Shown one piece after another: positions 1-11,013 of a stretch of DNA of 64,000 nucleotides (positions are counted from its first letter, which is position 1; each line of letters begins with the position of its first letter). Below the pieces are notes generated by a model, which saw nothing but the letters and a program-made list of their open reading frames with translations, ran no database searches and was not told where the DNA came from. Source of the stretch: Cyanobium sp. M30B3 (lineage in GTDB: Bacteria; Cyanobacteriota; Cyanobacteriia; PCC-6307; Cyanobiaceae); NCBI GenBank assembly GCA_018399015.1, contig CP073761.1:3010465-3074464 (forward strand), read 5' to 3'. A program made the position numbers and the translations under genes.

Positions 1-603
<603 letters not shown>

Positions 604-754
604 TCAGCCTCCAACAACGTTACAGGATGCGCAGGATTCAGCCTTTTCCGCGCAACCAAGCAGGTAATCCAGCCTCTTTCTTGTAGAGATCCCAAAGCTC
701 CCGGACTGCCCGCAGGGCCGTTTCTAGGGTCCGCTTGGTTGAACTCCTGCTTCC

Positions 755-1243
755 ATGCGCATCCCCAACATCCACTGGTCAGGGCTCGGCATCCCTGGCC
801 TGCAGTCCCTGCGCCGACTGGCGATGGTGCTGCTGGCCGGCCTGCTGGCCCTGAATCTGGCCGCCTGCTCCGGCGCCACCCTCAGCCAGGCCACCGATGC
901 GGCCCGCACCGCCGCCAACGTGGCCAACACCGCTGCCAACCTCACCGGCAACGAGCAACTCAAGGCGGCCGTCGCCCCCGTGCTCAAGTTGCTGAACACC
1001 ACCGAGAAACAGGTGGAAGCCGGCAACATCAGCGCCGCCAGCAGCACGATGAAGACGTTTCGTAGCCTGTGGGATACGGCCCAGCCCGTGGTGAAGCTGG
1101 CAGCCGGCTCCAACTACGGCCTGATCGACAAGGGCGTGAAGCTGGTGCTGAACACCTTCGGCGGCGAGGCCGCCCCCAGCCAGGACACGGCCCTGGCCGC
1201 CGTCAAGGGCCTGATCGGTCCGCTCAGCGCCCTGCTGGGATAA
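755..1243 (+). CDS. Hypothetical lipoprotein
   Basis: ATG start. The N-terminal signal peptide ends in the lipobox LNLAAC. The Ala-rich mature part has no recognisable catalytic motif. Confidence 0.6.
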   Translation: MRIPNIHWSGLGIPGLQSLRRLAMVLLAGLLALNLAACSGATLSQATDAARTAANVANTAANLTGNEQLKAAVAPVLKLLNTTEKQVEAGNISAASSTMKTFRSLWDTAQPVVKLAAGSNYGLIDKGVKLVLNTFGGEAAPSQDTALAAVKGLIGPLSALLG

Positions 1244-1275
1244 CCGACCAGGCCCTGAAGCGGGCGGAGACATCC

Positions 1276-1307
1276 GGCGGTGAGCGCAAAACTTAACGCT
1301 CACCGCC
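1276..1307 (+). terminator. Possible terminator stem-loop downstream of the lipoprotein gene
   Basis: Perfect 11-bp stem ggcggtgagcg (1276-1286) / cgctcaccgcc (1297-1307) with a 10-nt loop, 33 nt after the stop codon. There is no U-tract, so it is not a canonical intrinsic terminator. Confidence 0.35.
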
Positions 1308-1398
1308 AAACTGCCCGGCCCGCCCGAAATATTTCCTGCAGATCAATCCCATCGCCATCCCCCCTGGCGATTGTTGGTCTGAATAACCCATCCCCTCC

Positions 1399-1800
1399 AT
1401 GGCCCTGCTGGATTCCGTCCTCTCCAAGATCACAGCCAACCTCAGCGGCGATCAGGCCCAGTCGCTGCTCAAGACCGCCCTGGCCCAGACCGGCGGATTG
1501 AAGGGCCTGGCCAGTCGTTTCAACACCACCGGCCTGGCTGAGGTGTTCAACAGCTGGGTGTCCGTCGGCGAGAACGGCGGCATCAAGCCCGAGCAGATTG
1601 AAGCCGTTCTGGGCAACCAGACCGTGCAACAGATCGCCCAGAAGCTCGGAATCGACACCGACAAGGTGGCCTCGACCCTCTCCCAGCTGCTGCCCCAGGT
1701 GGTGGATCAGCTCACCCCGGGCGGCAACCTCGAGGAGGCCGAGCTGGCCACCGCCGAGGCCGATGACGCTGCCGGTGCGGGGAGCAACGCCACGGCCTGA
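1399..1800 (+). CDS. YidB/DUF937 family protein
   Basis: MALLDSVL...GGLKGL...FNSWVSVGENGGIKPEQIEAVLG...VQQIAQKLGID...LSQLLPQVVDQLTPGG follows the conserved YidB-family layout as I remember it. Confidence 0.75.
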   Translation: MALLDSVLSKITANLSGDQAQSLLKTALAQTGGLKGLASRFNTTGLAEVFNSWVSVGENGGIKPEQIEAVLGNQTVQQIAQKLGIDTDKVASTLSQLLPQVVDQLTPGGNLEEAELATAEADDAAGAGSNATA

Positions 1801-1812
1801 GCCCGGAGCTGA

Positions 1813-3498
1813 TCAGCCGACTCCCGGCAGCTGGTCGATCCGGCTGTCGCGCCGGAGCCGGGCCTGCAGCTTCAACCAGCTCAGGCCCACCGGCAGCCCC
1901 AGCGCCAGCGGCACGGCCACCAGAGCTGGCCTGCTGCTGGCTGCCAACAGCGCCGCTGCCACCGCCAGGCCGGCCAGCAGCATCGACTGGCCGGCACTCT
2001 GCTGGGCCAGGGCCAGGCGGCGCAGCAGGCGGTCGGTTTCACCGGCGCGGATCTGCACCTGCAGATCCCCCTGCTCAATGCGGGCCAGGCTCTCATCGAG
2101 GCGCCGGGGAATGCCGAGAGCCCTGGTGCTCACCTCGGCGGCCTGGCGCGTGAACGTGTTGAGCAGATCGTTGGTGCCGGAGCCAAAACCACCGGGAGTG
2201 CCGCTGCCGCTTGCAGTCATCAGGGGAAGCAGATAGGGGCGGGCAATGGAGATCAGGCTAAAGCCGGGATCGAGGCTGCGGCCCACCCCCTCGAAGGTGG
2301 AGAGGGCCCGCATCACGAAGATCAGCTCCGCCGGCAAGCGAAAGGGCTGGCCGTAGACCAGGTCGTAGAGGTCGCCGGAGAGTTTCTGGATCACATTGGC
2401 CGAAAAGGGCGGCGTGAGGGCCTCGTTGAGCATCACCCGCACCAGCCGCCGCACCGGGCCGGGATCCACCTCGGCGGCGATCACCCCTGCCGCCTGCAGC
2501 TCGCTCACCAGGCCGGCGGCATCGCGGCCTGCGGCCGCCTGCACCATCCGCCCCAGGCGCTGACGCAGGCGGCTGGAGAGCTGGCCCATCATGCCGAAGT
2601 CGTAGTAGATCAGCGCCCCGTCACTGGCCACCGCCAGGTTGCCGGGGTGGGGATCGGCGTGGAAAAACCCGAAGCGCACCAGCTGCTGCAGATAGCTGGC
2701 CGCGCCCTTCTCGGCCACCGCCGCCGGATCGATGCCGGCCGCTTCCAGGGCCGGCCGGTCGGTGATCTTGATCCCCGGCACATAGTCGAGACAGAGCACC
2801 CGCCGGGCACTGAGCTCCCACACCACGGCTGGAATCCGGATGCCGCGATCGTCGAGGAACTGCTGGCGGAAGCGGGCGGCATGTTCGGCCTCCAGGCGGA
2901 AATCCAGCTCGCGCAGCAGCACCCGGCGGCACTCCTTGGCGATGCCCACCCAGTCGCGGCCACGGCCCCAGCGGGGGTGGCGCTGCACGGCGGCCGCCAC
3001 CTGCTGCAGCACCTCCAGATCCAGCCGGAACAGCCGCTCCAGCCCGGGGCGCTGCACCTTGAGCACCACCTGGCGGCCACTGCGCAGGCTGGCGCGGTGC
3101 ACCTGGGCCAGGCTGGCGGACCCCAGCGGGGTGCTGTCGAGGTCGATGATCTCGGCGCAGCGCTCGCCCAGCTCCTCCTCCAGCAGGGCCTGCACCACGT
3201 CGAAGGAAAAAGCGGGCACCCGGTCCTGCAGGGCGGCCAGCTCCTCCACCAGCTCGGCGGGCAGCACATCGGGCCGGGCCGAGAGCAGCTGGCCCAGCTT
3301 GATGAAGGCCGAGCCCAGCTCCAGAAACTGCTGGGTGAGCCAGCGGGCCAGGCGGCGGGAGCGCAGGGCCCGTCGCTCGGGGCTGAACCCGCCGGGATAG
3401 GTCCAGGGACGCCCATCCCACCACAGCCGCACCACCAGCAGCAGGGCCAGCCACCAGATCCTCAGGGGACGCCAGAACAGCAGCGGGCGCCGGCTCAT
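1813..3498 (-). CDS. ABC1/UbiB (AarF) family atypical protein kinase
   Basis: The ORF is trimmed to the internal ATG at 3496-3498 (MSRRPLLFW...). Motifs present: LGSAFIKLGQLLSARPDVLP, ASLAQVHRA, FFHADPHPGNL, YYDFGMM. The Pro/Arg-rich translation upstream in the same ORF looks non-coding and instead overlaps the separate small gene 3495-3821. Confidence 0.9.
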   Translation of the reverse strand: MSRRPLLFWRPLRIWWLALLLVVRLWWDGRPWTYPGGFSPERRALRSRRLARWLTQQFLELGSAFIKLGQLLSARPDVLPAELVEELAALQDRVPAFSFDVVQALLEEELGERCAEIIDLDSTPLGSASLAQVHRASLRSGRQVVLKVQRPGLERLFRLDLEVLQQVAAAVQRHPRWGRGRDWVGIAKECRRVLLRELDFRLEAEHAARFRQQFLDDRGIRIPAVVWELSARRVLCLDYVPGIKITDRPALEAAGIDPAAVAEKGAASYLQQLVRFGFFHADPHPGNLAVASDGALIYYDFGMMGQLSSRLRQRLGRMVQAAAGRDAAGLVSELQAAGVIAAEVDPGPVRRLVRVMLNEALTPPFSANVIQKLSGDLYDLVYGQPFRLPAELIFVMRALSTFEGVGRSLDPGFSLISIARPYLLPLMTASGSGTPGGFGSGTNDLLNTFTRQAAEVSTRALGIPRRLDESLARIEQGDLQVQIRAGETDRLLRRLALAQQSAGQSMLLAGLAVAAALLAASSRPALVAVPLALGLPVGLSWLKLQARLRRDSRIDQLPGVG

Positions 3499-3821
3499 GG
3501 CCTCTGGTCCAGGCGACGGCTGAACGCCGCCACCTGCGCCCGCAGCGCATCGATCTGGCCCTGCAGATCCTCGGCCGATCGGGCTGGGACAGCGCCCGGA
3601 CCCGAGCCAGGGGCGGTGGCACCGCCAGCCGTCCCATCCCGCTCCAGCCGTTCGGCCTCCAGTTCCACCTCCTGCCAGAACAGGCTGAATTCCTGCCGCA
3701 ACCGCTCGGGCGCGTCCTGCAGCACCACCGCGGCCTGGGCGGCCGCATCCAGCAGGCCACTGCCCAGCCTGGCGCTGAGGCGGGTCATGGCCGCCTGGAT
3801 CACGGTCTGGGGAGCTGGCAT
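3495..3821 (-). CDS. Hypothetical small protein, predicted helical/coiled
   Basis: 108-aa ORF. Its TGA overlaps the ABC1 kinase ATG (ATGA), which suggests translational coupling. I recognise no family. Confidence 0.5.
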   Translation of the reverse strand: MPAPQTVIQAAMTRLSARLGSGLLDAAAQAAVVLQDAPERLRQEFSLFWQEVELEAERLERDGTAGGATAPGSGPGAVPARSAEDLQGQIDALRAQVAAFSRRLDQRP

Positions 3822-3865
3822 GGCTCGACGCTCTGCTCGGATCCGAACTGTGGCAGATGGCTGCC

Positions 3866-4321
3866 TCAGGGAGTGGGTGGAGCCGGCAGGTCGGGTGGCA
3901 GCTCCTCCTGAATGACCTCGGGTTGCACCGGCTCGGGCTCGGGCTCGGGCTCGGCGTCCAGGGGCTCGGTGAACGGCTGCTGCTCGGCCGGCCGCGACTG
4001 GATGGGCGCTGCGGGCTCAAGCGGTGCCTCGATCGGCCTGGCCTGCTCCTGCTCCTCCAGCTCCAGCACCCCGAGATCCCCCCGGATCGACTGGGCTGCG
4101 GCACCGGTCTTCAGCCTGAGGGCCTCCAGGCTCGTGCCGGGAAACTCCCGCACCTCGAAGGCCTGGCCGGGTTGCACCAGGGTGGGAAATTCGATCGCCA
4201 TCAGCCTGTGCACCACCCCGTAGCCCAGGCCGAAACACACGCCGGCCAGCAGCGGAGGCAGGCGCCGGCGAGCCGTGCCGAGGCGCTGCGGGGCTGACGA
4301 GGGCTGGGGCGCTGCGGTCAT
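3866..4321 (-). CDS. Hypothetical protein with an N-terminal hydrophobic segment and an acidic Pro/Glu-rich tail
   Basis: 151-aa ORF starting 10 nt after the argJ stop. It has one TM-like segment (LPPLLAGVCFGLGYGVV). The (EP)4 tract is encoded by the hexamer gctcgg x4 at 3931-3954. Confidence 0.45.
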   Translation of the reverse strand: MTAAPQPSSAPQRLGTARRRLPPLLAGVCFGLGYGVVHRLMAIEFPTLVQPGQAFEVREFPGTSLEALRLKTGAAAQSIRGDLGVLELEEQEQARPIEAPLEPAAPIQSRPAEQQPFTEPLDAEPEPEPEPVQPEVIQEELPPDLPAPPTP

Positions 4322-4330
4322 CAGCGGAGA

Positions 4331-5608
4331 TTAGGTGGTGTAGTCGGCGTTGATGCGCACGTACTGATCGGAGAGGTCACAGCCCCAGGCCACGGCGGCG
4401 GCGCAACCGGCGCCCACAACCAGGCGGATCTGCACGCAATCGTCCTGCAGATAGGCCCCGCTGGCGCAGGCCCGCAGGTAGGCGCTGGCCGCAGCGCGAT
4501 CGAAGGCCAGGGGCTGGCCGGCGGCCATCAGCTGGTGCTCCCCCAGCCAGAGGGCCACCGCCCCGGGGTCGAAGGGCACGCCGGCGCGGCCGGCGGCGGC
4601 CACGATCCGGCCCCAGTTGGGGTCGCGGCCGTGGACGGCGCACTTCACCAGGGAGGAGCCGCACACGGTGCGGGCGATGGCGCGGGCGCCGGCCTCGTCG
4701 CTCGCTCCCTCCACCCGCACCGCGATCAGGCAGGTGGCGCCCTCGCCGTCGCGGGCGATCGCCCTGGCCAGGTGCTGCGACACCGCCGTCAGGCCGGCCT
4801 CCAGCGCGCCATAGAGCTCGGGGCTCAGGGGCTCGCCGGCTGCAAACGCCAGGAACGTGTCGTTGGTGCTGGTGTCGCCGTCCACCGTGATCGCGTTGAA
4901 GGAGCGATCCACGGCGCGCTGCACCATGCCCCGCCATACCTCCGCCGGCACGCCCGCATCACACGTGAGGTAGCCCAGCATCGTGGCCATGTTCGGGTGG
5001 ATCATCCCGGAGCCCTTGGCCATGCCGCCGATGCGCACCGGGCGGCCGCCCAACCCGGCCTCCAGGGCAATCTGCTTGTCCACCAGATCGGTGGTGAGGA
5101 TCGCCTGGGCCGCCGCCGCACCGGCCCCAGGGCTGAGGGCCGCCACCAGCGGATCGAGGCCCGCCACCAGCGTGTCCATCGGGATCGGCACGCCGATCAC
5201 GCCGGTGGAGCAGATCAGCACCTCCTCCGGAGCAAGCCCCAGGCGCCCGGCCAGGGCGGCGGTGGCGGTGAGGCTGTCGGCCAGGCCCCGCTCGCCGGTG
5301 CAGGCGTTGGCCTGGCCGGAGTTGGTGAGCACCGCCCGGGCCCGGCCGCCACTGGCCACCAGCCGCTCGGCGCAGAGGTCCACGCAGGCGGCCCGCACCA
5401 GCGAGGTGGTGAAGGTGCCGGCGCAGACCGCACCGGGCGGGGCCAGCAGCAGCGAGAGGTCCGGCTTGCCGGAGGCCTTGAGGCCAGCGGTGACGGCGGC
5501 GGCACGGAAGCCGGCCGGCGCGGTGATGCCGCCGGGAATCGGAGTCCAGGGGTGGGTCAAGGCGCCGGAGCCGCTGGCCCCATCCTGAATCGGCGCGGGT
5601 CGACCCAC
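4331..5608 (-). CDS. argJ: Bifunctional ornithine acetyltransferase / N-acetylglutamate synthase ArgJ
   Basis: GGITAPAGFRAAAVTAGLK...GKPDLSLL, and the autoprocessing site HPNMATMLGYLTCDA are present, and the protein ends in INADYTT. The start is uncertain: GTG at 5608, only 9 nt from divergent coaE, or TTG near 5560. Confidence 0.92.
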   Translation of the reverse strand: MGRPAPIQDGASGSGALTHPWTPIPGGITAPAGFRAAAVTAGLKASGKPDLSLLLAPPGAVCAGTFTTSLVRAACVDLCAERLVASGGRARAVLTNSGQANACTGERGLADSLTATAALAGRLGLAPEEVLICSTGVIGVPIPMDTLVAGLDPLVAALSPGAGAAAAQAILTTDLVDKQIALEAGLGGRPVRIGGMAKGSGMIHPNMATMLGYLTCDAGVPAEVWRGMVQRAVDRSFNAITVDGDTSTNDTFLAFAAGEPLSPELYGALEAGLTAVSQHLARAIARDGEGATCLIAVRVEGASDEAGARAIARTVCGSSLVKCAVHGRDPNWGRIVAAAGRAGVPFDPGAVALWLGEHQLMAAGQPLAFDRAAASAYLRACASGAYLQDDCVQIRLVVGAGCAAAVAWGCDLSDQYVRINADYTT

Positions 5609-5617
5609 ACTGGGCCC

Positions 5618-6262
<645 letters not shown>

Positions 6263-6814
6263 GCCGGCCGAGCCAGCCGGGCACGGCCCCCGGCCCTGTG
6301 TGCACCAGATGCAGACGCGGGGCCTGCACATCCACCACCCAGTAGTGGGGGATGCCCGCAGCGGCATAGAGGCGAGCCTTGGCCTCCAGATCGAACACCA
6401 GGCTGGAATCAGCCACCTCAATCACCAGGGCGGTCTCGGCCGCGGTGGGGTGGGCATGCCAGTAGTCGTCGTCCCGGCGGGCCACCAGGGCGAGGTCGGG
6501 CTCAGGCTCATGGGCCGGTCCGAGATCGAGCGGGGCCCTAACCCGCAACTGCAGGGGCTCCTGGGGTGCAGCAGCCAGACAGGCCTCGATCGCGCGGATC
6601 AACCGGTGCACCACCGCCGTGTGCCGCGTGCCCTTGGCGATCACCTCCAGCACCTCACCATCGATCAACTCCAGACGCTGTTCCGGCACGGCCTCGCACA
6701 GCCGGTGGAACTGCTCCACGGTGAAGCGCGCAGGGCACCGGGCCGGATGCCGAAGAGCAGCAGCGGGGCTGGCGACCGTCATGGCTTCAGCCTAACGACG
6801 GTGCCGCCTGCAGC

Positions 6815-8311
6815 TCAGCCCTTCAGCTTCTGGCTGAGGATCTGGTTGGCGAGCTTGGGGTCGGCCTTGCCGCCGGTCTTCTTCATCAGCTGGCCCACGA
6901 AGAAGCCCTGCAGCTTGGTCTTGCCGCCGCGGAATGCCTCCACCTCCTCGGGGTGGGCCGCCAGCAGCTCCTCCACGATCGCCGTGATCGCTGCGGGGTC
7001 GCTGATCATGCCCAGGCCGCGCTGATCGACAATCGCCCTGGGGGAGCCGCCCTGCTCCAGCAGCTCCGGCAGGATCTCCTTGGCGATCTTGCCGCTGATC
7101 ACGCCGGCCTCGATCAGCTGCACCATCTCGGCCAGCTGCTCGGGCCGGAAGGGCAGCTCCGCATACGAGAGCCGGTTGGCATTCACGTGGGCGGCGATGT
7201 CGCCGCTGATCCAGTTGGCCGCCGCCTTGGGATCGGCGCCGGCGGCCACCACCGCTTCGAAGTAGTCGGCCATCGGCCGCTCGTCGGTGAGCACCCGGGC
7301 GTCGTACTGGGACAGGCCCAGCTGCTCGGCGTAGCGGTGGCGCTTGGCGGCCGGCAGTTCCGGCAGCTCGGCCCGCCAGCCCTCGCGCCGCTCGGCACTC
7401 ACCTCGATCGGGCCGAGATCGGGGTCGGGGAAGTAGCGGTAGTCGCTGGCGCCCTCCTTGGAGCGCATGCTCCTGGTGAGCTGCTTGCCCTCGTCCCAGA
7501 GGCGGGTTTCCTGCACCACCGGCTCGCCGGCCTCATAGGCCTTGATCTGGCGCTGGATCTCGAAATCAATCGCCTTCTGGATGGCCGAGAAGGAGTTCAT
7601 GTTCTTGATCTCCACCTTCGTGCCGAAGGGGGCATCGGGGCCGCGCCGCACCGAGATGTTCACGTCGCAGCGCAGGGAGCCCTCCTGCATGTTGCCGTCG
7701 CTCACGCCCAGATAGCGCATGATCCGGCGGATCTCCGAGGCGTATTCGGCCGCCTCGCGGCCGGTGCGCAGATCGGGCTTGCTCACGATCTCGGCCAGGG
7801 CCACACCGGCGCGGTTGTAGTCCACCAGGGAGTGGGTGGAGCCGGCCAGGCGGTCGCTGCCGGCGTGCACCAACTTGCCGGCGTCCTCCTCCATGTGCAG
7901 ACGCTCGATGCCGATTGTTTTCGTATAGGTTTCCCTGCCCTTTTCAGCCACTTCCACCTCGATCCAGCCGTCTTCGGCGATCGGCTCGTCGTACTGGGAG
8001 ATCTGGTAGTTCTTGGGCAGGTCGGGATAGAAATACTGTTTGCGGTCGAACTTGCTGTGCTCGGCAATCTTGAGGTTGAGCGCCATCGCCGCCTTCACCG
8101 CATATTCGAGCACCTTCTGATTGAGCACCGGCAGGGTGCCCGGCAGACCGCACACCACCGGATCGATGTGGGTGTTGGGGTCGTCGCCGAAGGTGGTGGA
8201 GGCGCCGGTGAAGATCTTGCTGGCGGTGCCCAGCTGCACGTGGGTCTCCAGGCCGATCACGGCCTCCCATGCCGCGCTCCCTGGCCCGTTCGCCGCACCA
8301 TCAGCCACCAT
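6815..8311 (-). CDS. gatB: Asp-tRNA(Asn)/Glu-tRNA(Gln) amidotransferase subunit B
   Basis: WEAVIGLETHVQL, VCGLPGTLPVLN, RKQYFYPDLPKNYQISQ, HMEEDAGK, DYNRAGV.L.EIVS.PD, and the C-terminal GatB/Yqey tail FFVGQ.MK..GGKA.P are present. Confidence 0.96.
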   Translation of the reverse strand: MVADGAANGPGSAAWEAVIGLETHVQLGTASKIFTGASTTFGDDPNTHIDPVVCGLPGTLPVLNQKVLEYAVKAAMALNLKIAEHSKFDRKQYFYPDLPKNYQISQYDEPIAEDGWIEVEVAEKGRETYTKTIGIERLHMEEDAGKLVHAGSDRLAGSTHSLVDYNRAGVALAEIVSKPDLRTGREAAEYASEIRRIMRYLGVSDGNMQEGSLRCDVNISVRRGPDAPFGTKVEIKNMNSFSAIQKAIDFEIQRQIKAYEAGEPVVQETRLWDEGKQLTRSMRSKEGASDYRYFPDPDLGPIEVSAERREGWRAELPELPAAKRHRYAEQLGLSQYDARVLTDERPMADYFEAVVAAGADPKAAANWISGDIAAHVNANRLSYAELPFRPEQLAEMVQLIEAGVISGKIAKEILPELLEQGGSPRAIVDQRGLGMISDPAAITAIVEELLAAHPEEVEAFRGGKTKLQGFFVGQLMKKTGGKADPKLANQILSQKLKG

Positions 8312-8343
8312 GAGCCCATCGCCTGCCGATCAGGACCGATCCT

Positions 8344-9726
8344 ATGGAACTGGTTGCGGCGCTTCACCGCTTCGTGTGGGGGCTCCTGGCCGACTGGGTG
8401 TGCTTTGTGGCGGTGTTCCTCTGCCTCGGGCTCAATTTCGGGCCCTGGCGGCTGATTCCCTATGGGCTGCGCCAGCTCTGGCGGAGCCTGCGCCATCCCG
8501 GAATGCCGGCCGGCGACGGCGAACTGGATAGCGGGACGGCCTTCCTGGTGACCCTGGGCGGCACCGTGGGCATCGGCAACATCACCGGCGTGGCGCTGGC
8601 GATGAGCATCGGCGGGCCGGGGGTGCTGGCCTGGCTGTGGGCCGTGTCGCTGGTGGGCATGGCCCTCAAGTTCGCGGAGACAGTGCTGGCCGTTCGCTTC
8701 CGCAGGCCCCAGGCCGACGGCAGCGTGCTGGCCGGGCCGATGCTCACGATCCAGAGGGGGCTGAACCGCCGCTGGCGGGCTCTGGCGGTGCTGTTCGCGG
8801 CGATGACCGTGCTCTCGGCCTTCGGCGCCTCCAACGGCCTGCAGGTGGGCCAGCTGGCCGCCGTGATGGCCCAGGACCTGGGCAGTCCGCCGCTGCTCAC
8901 GGGGCTGCTGACGGCCCTGGCCACGGCGGCGGTGCTCAGTGGCGGCCTGCGGCGGGTGGGCAGGGTGGCCACCCTGCTGGTGCCGCTGATGGTGCTGGGC
9001 TATGGGCTGGCCATGGCCGTGCTGCTGCTGGAGCACGCCGCCGCCCTGCGCCCCGCGCTGGATCAGGTGCTGGCGGGGGCCCTCGCACCCCGGGCGATCG
9101 CCGCTGGGGGCGTGGCCGTGACGGTGGGCGCGGCGGTGCGCCTGGCGGTGTTCTCCAACGAGGCCGGCACGGGCAGCGCCGCCATCGTGCAGGCTGCCGC
9201 CAGACCCGCCGACCCCCTGCGCCAGGGCTCGATCGCCATGCTCGGCAACCTGATCGACGCGGCGCTGTGCAGTGCCACCGCTCTGCTGCTGATCGCCAGT
9301 GGCGCCGCCGGAGGGGGCGAAGGCAGCGACCCGCTGGCCCTGGTGAACGCGGCGATGACCTGGGCCCGGCCAGGGTCGCTGTGGATCAGCCACCTGGCGA
9401 TCGTGCTGTTCGGCTTCAGCACCATCCTCAGCGCCGGCGTGGTGGCGGAGCGCTGCCTGCTGTTTCTGGCGGGCGCCCGCTGGCGCCTGGCCTTCCGCTG
9501 CTGCTGGTGCGGGGCCCTGGTGCTGTTTGCCGCCTTCGGCGGCGGCGGCCTGTGGCTGATCGCCGAGCTGCTGGAAGCCCTGGTGGTGCTGCCCAACCTG
9601 CTCAGCCTGCTGCTGCTCTCGCCCCTGCTGTTCCGGTGGTTCGCCGACCAGGTGCCGGCGATGGTCGCCGTCCCGGCAGCGACCGATCCAGCCCCCAGCT
9701 CCTCTCCCCCCAGCAGCAGCCCATGA
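8344..9726 (+). CDS. Alanine/glycine:cation symporter (AGCS family)
   Basis: Polytopic membrane protein with GGTVGIGNITGVALAMSIGGPG..AWLW and SNEAGTGSAAIVQAAA, both typical of sodium:alanine symporters. Confidence 0.8.
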   Translation: MELVAALHRFVWGLLADWVCFVAVFLCLGLNFGPWRLIPYGLRQLWRSLRHPGMPAGDGELDSGTAFLVTLGGTVGIGNITGVALAMSIGGPGVLAWLWAVSLVGMALKFAETVLAVRFRRPQADGSVLAGPMLTIQRGLNRRWRALAVLFAAMTVLSAFGASNGLQVGQLAAVMAQDLGSPPLLTGLLTALATAAVLSGGLRRVGRVATLLVPLMVLGYGLAMAVLLLEHAAALRPALDQVLAGALAPRAIAAGGVAVTVGAAVRLAVFSNEAGTGSAAIVQAAARPADPLRQGSIAMLGNLIDAALCSATALLLIASGAAGGGEGSDPLALVNAAMTWARPGSLWISHLAIVLFGFSTILSAGVVAERCLLFLAGARWRLAFRCCWCGALVLFAAFGGGGLWLIAELLEALVVLPNLLSLLLLSPLLFRWFADQVPAMVAVPAATDPAPSSSPPSSSP

Positions 9727-10985
9727 CCCCCAGCGAACCCGTGGCCACCGCCCTGCAGCTGAGCCTGCCCGGAGTGCTGGCCGTGATCGCCGTGATCTAT
9801 CTGGCCACCCTGGTGGCCAGCCGCCTGGCGGTGCAGCTGCGGGTCCCCGCCATCCTCGGCATCCTGGTGCTGGGCGTGGCGATCCAGCCCGGCACGGGCC
9901 TGCTGTCGGTGAACGCGGTGGATGCCCTGAACACGGTGACCCTGAGCATGCTGTTGTTCGTGGCCGGGCTCAACTCCGACACCCAGCACATCCGCGGCTT
10001 CCTGGGCTACGGGGTGCTGCTGGCGGTGGGGGGCGTGGCCGTGTCGTCGCTGGTGCTCGGCGGCCTGATCTGGGCGGTGTTCCAGGGGCTGGGCAACCCC
10101 ATCCCGCTCACGCTGGCCCTGCTGGTGGCGGCCTGCCTGGGCTCCACCGACGCCGGCGCCACCCTGAGCGTGCTGCGCAGCGTGCAGGACCGCATCCCCG
10201 CGCGGGTGCGCTCGCTGGTGGAGTTCGAGTCGTCGGTGAACGATCCCGCCGCCATCCTGTTCCTGTTTCTGATCGTGGGCCTCACCGGCCAGGGGGGCAG
10301 TGAAGGGGCGGCGCTGCTGGACCAGCTGCAGGGCTTCATCAAGAGCGTGGGCAGCGGCATCCTCGTGGGCCTGATGCTCACCTATCTGGCCCAGTTCGTG
10401 CTCAACCAGCTGATCACCAGCAAGGACCAGATCCTGGTGGTGGGCATCGCCATTGCCCTGGCCTCCTATGGCTTCGCCAGCCTGCTGGGCGGCTCCGGCT
10501 TCATCGCCGCCTACGTGACGGGGCTGTTCCTGGCCAACAACATCTACGACAACAAACTGATCACCCCGGAGCTGCTCGAACACAGCCTGGAGCCGTTCAA
10601 CACCACGATGCAGATCACGGTGTTCCTGCTGTTCGGCGTGCTGATCGAAGCCCGCAGCATTCCCGGCGCCCTGCTGCCCGGGGTGCTGGTGGCCCTGGCG
10701 CTGATGCTGGTGGCCCGGCCCCTGAGCGTGCTGCTCTTCCAGCGCTGGTCACCCTTCGACTGGCGCGGTGGGGCGCTGATCGCCTGGTGCGGCCTGCGCG
10801 GAGCGGTGCCGATCGCCCTGGGCTACAGCGTGACCCAGGCCCTGCCCTCCCTGCCGGGCCTCTCCCCCGCCGACCTGCCCCGACTGGAGGCGCTGGTGGA
10901 GGGTCTGATCTTCGTGGTGGTGTTCCTCAACCTCAGCCTGCAGGGCCTGAGCCTGCCCTGGCTGTGCCGCAGGCTGGAGCGCTAG
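9723..10985 (+). CDS. Cation:proton antiporter (CPA1/NhaP-like Na+/H+ exchanger)
   Basis: The ATG at 9723 overlaps the symporter TGA (ATGA). It is a 420-aa multi-TM protein with a GSTDAGATL motif and ESSVNDPAAI, typical of the Na+/H+ exchanger family. Confidence 0.78.
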   Translation: MTPSEPVATALQLSLPGVLAVIAVIYLATLVASRLAVQLRVPAILGILVLGVAIQPGTGLLSVNAVDALNTVTLSMLLFVAGLNSDTQHIRGFLGYGVLLAVGGVAVSSLVLGGLIWAVFQGLGNPIPLTLALLVAACLGSTDAGATLSVLRSVQDRIPARVRSLVEFESSVNDPAAILFLFLIVGLTGQGGSEGAALLDQLQGFIKSVGSGILVGLMLTYLAQFVLNQLITSKDQILVVGIAIALASYGFASLLGGSGFIAAYVTGLFLANNIYDNKLITPELLEHSLEPFNTTMQITVFLLFGVLIEARSIPGALLPGVLVALALMLVARPLSVLLFQRWSPFDWRGGALIAWCGLRGAVPIALGYSVTQALPSLPGLSPADLPRLEALVEGLIFVVVFLNLSLQGLSLPWLCRRLER

Positions 10986-11013
10986 ACATCCTCGGGAAAC
11001 ACCGAGTGCAGCG

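Noticed and set aside
1276-1307. Calling the stem-loops at 1276-1307 and 13102-13122 canonical Rho-independent terminators
   Set aside because: Both have perfect GC-rich stems at the right place after stop codons but lack the downstream U-tract. They are kept only as low-confidence terminator-like hairpins.
3499-4104. The N-terminal 202-aa extension of the ABC1 kinase ORF. Analogous extensions occur on ndk (to 12986), alaS (to 63895), the pyruvyl transferase (to 28129), the HD-GYP protein (to 58941), coaE (from 4535) and the cyclase (from 58505).
   Set aside because: The extensions are Pro/Arg/Ser-rich and overlap better-supported genes. Internal start codons give N-termini matching the expected family starts, often with stop/start coupling to the upstream gene.
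8257-10583. Long ORFs antisense to the symporter/antiporter genes (8257-9393, 9063-10583). Similar antisense or off-frame ORFs occur across argJ, speA (55117-56982), alaS (61739-63403), the ABC1 kinase (2621-3760, 2647-3915) and GT2 44308-45129 (43948-45207).
   Set aside because: They are typical stop-codon-poor shadow frames of high-GC coding DNA. Their translations are Arg/Gly/Pro/Ala/His-rich low-complexity strings with no motifs, whereas the opposite-strand frames carry unambiguous family signatures.
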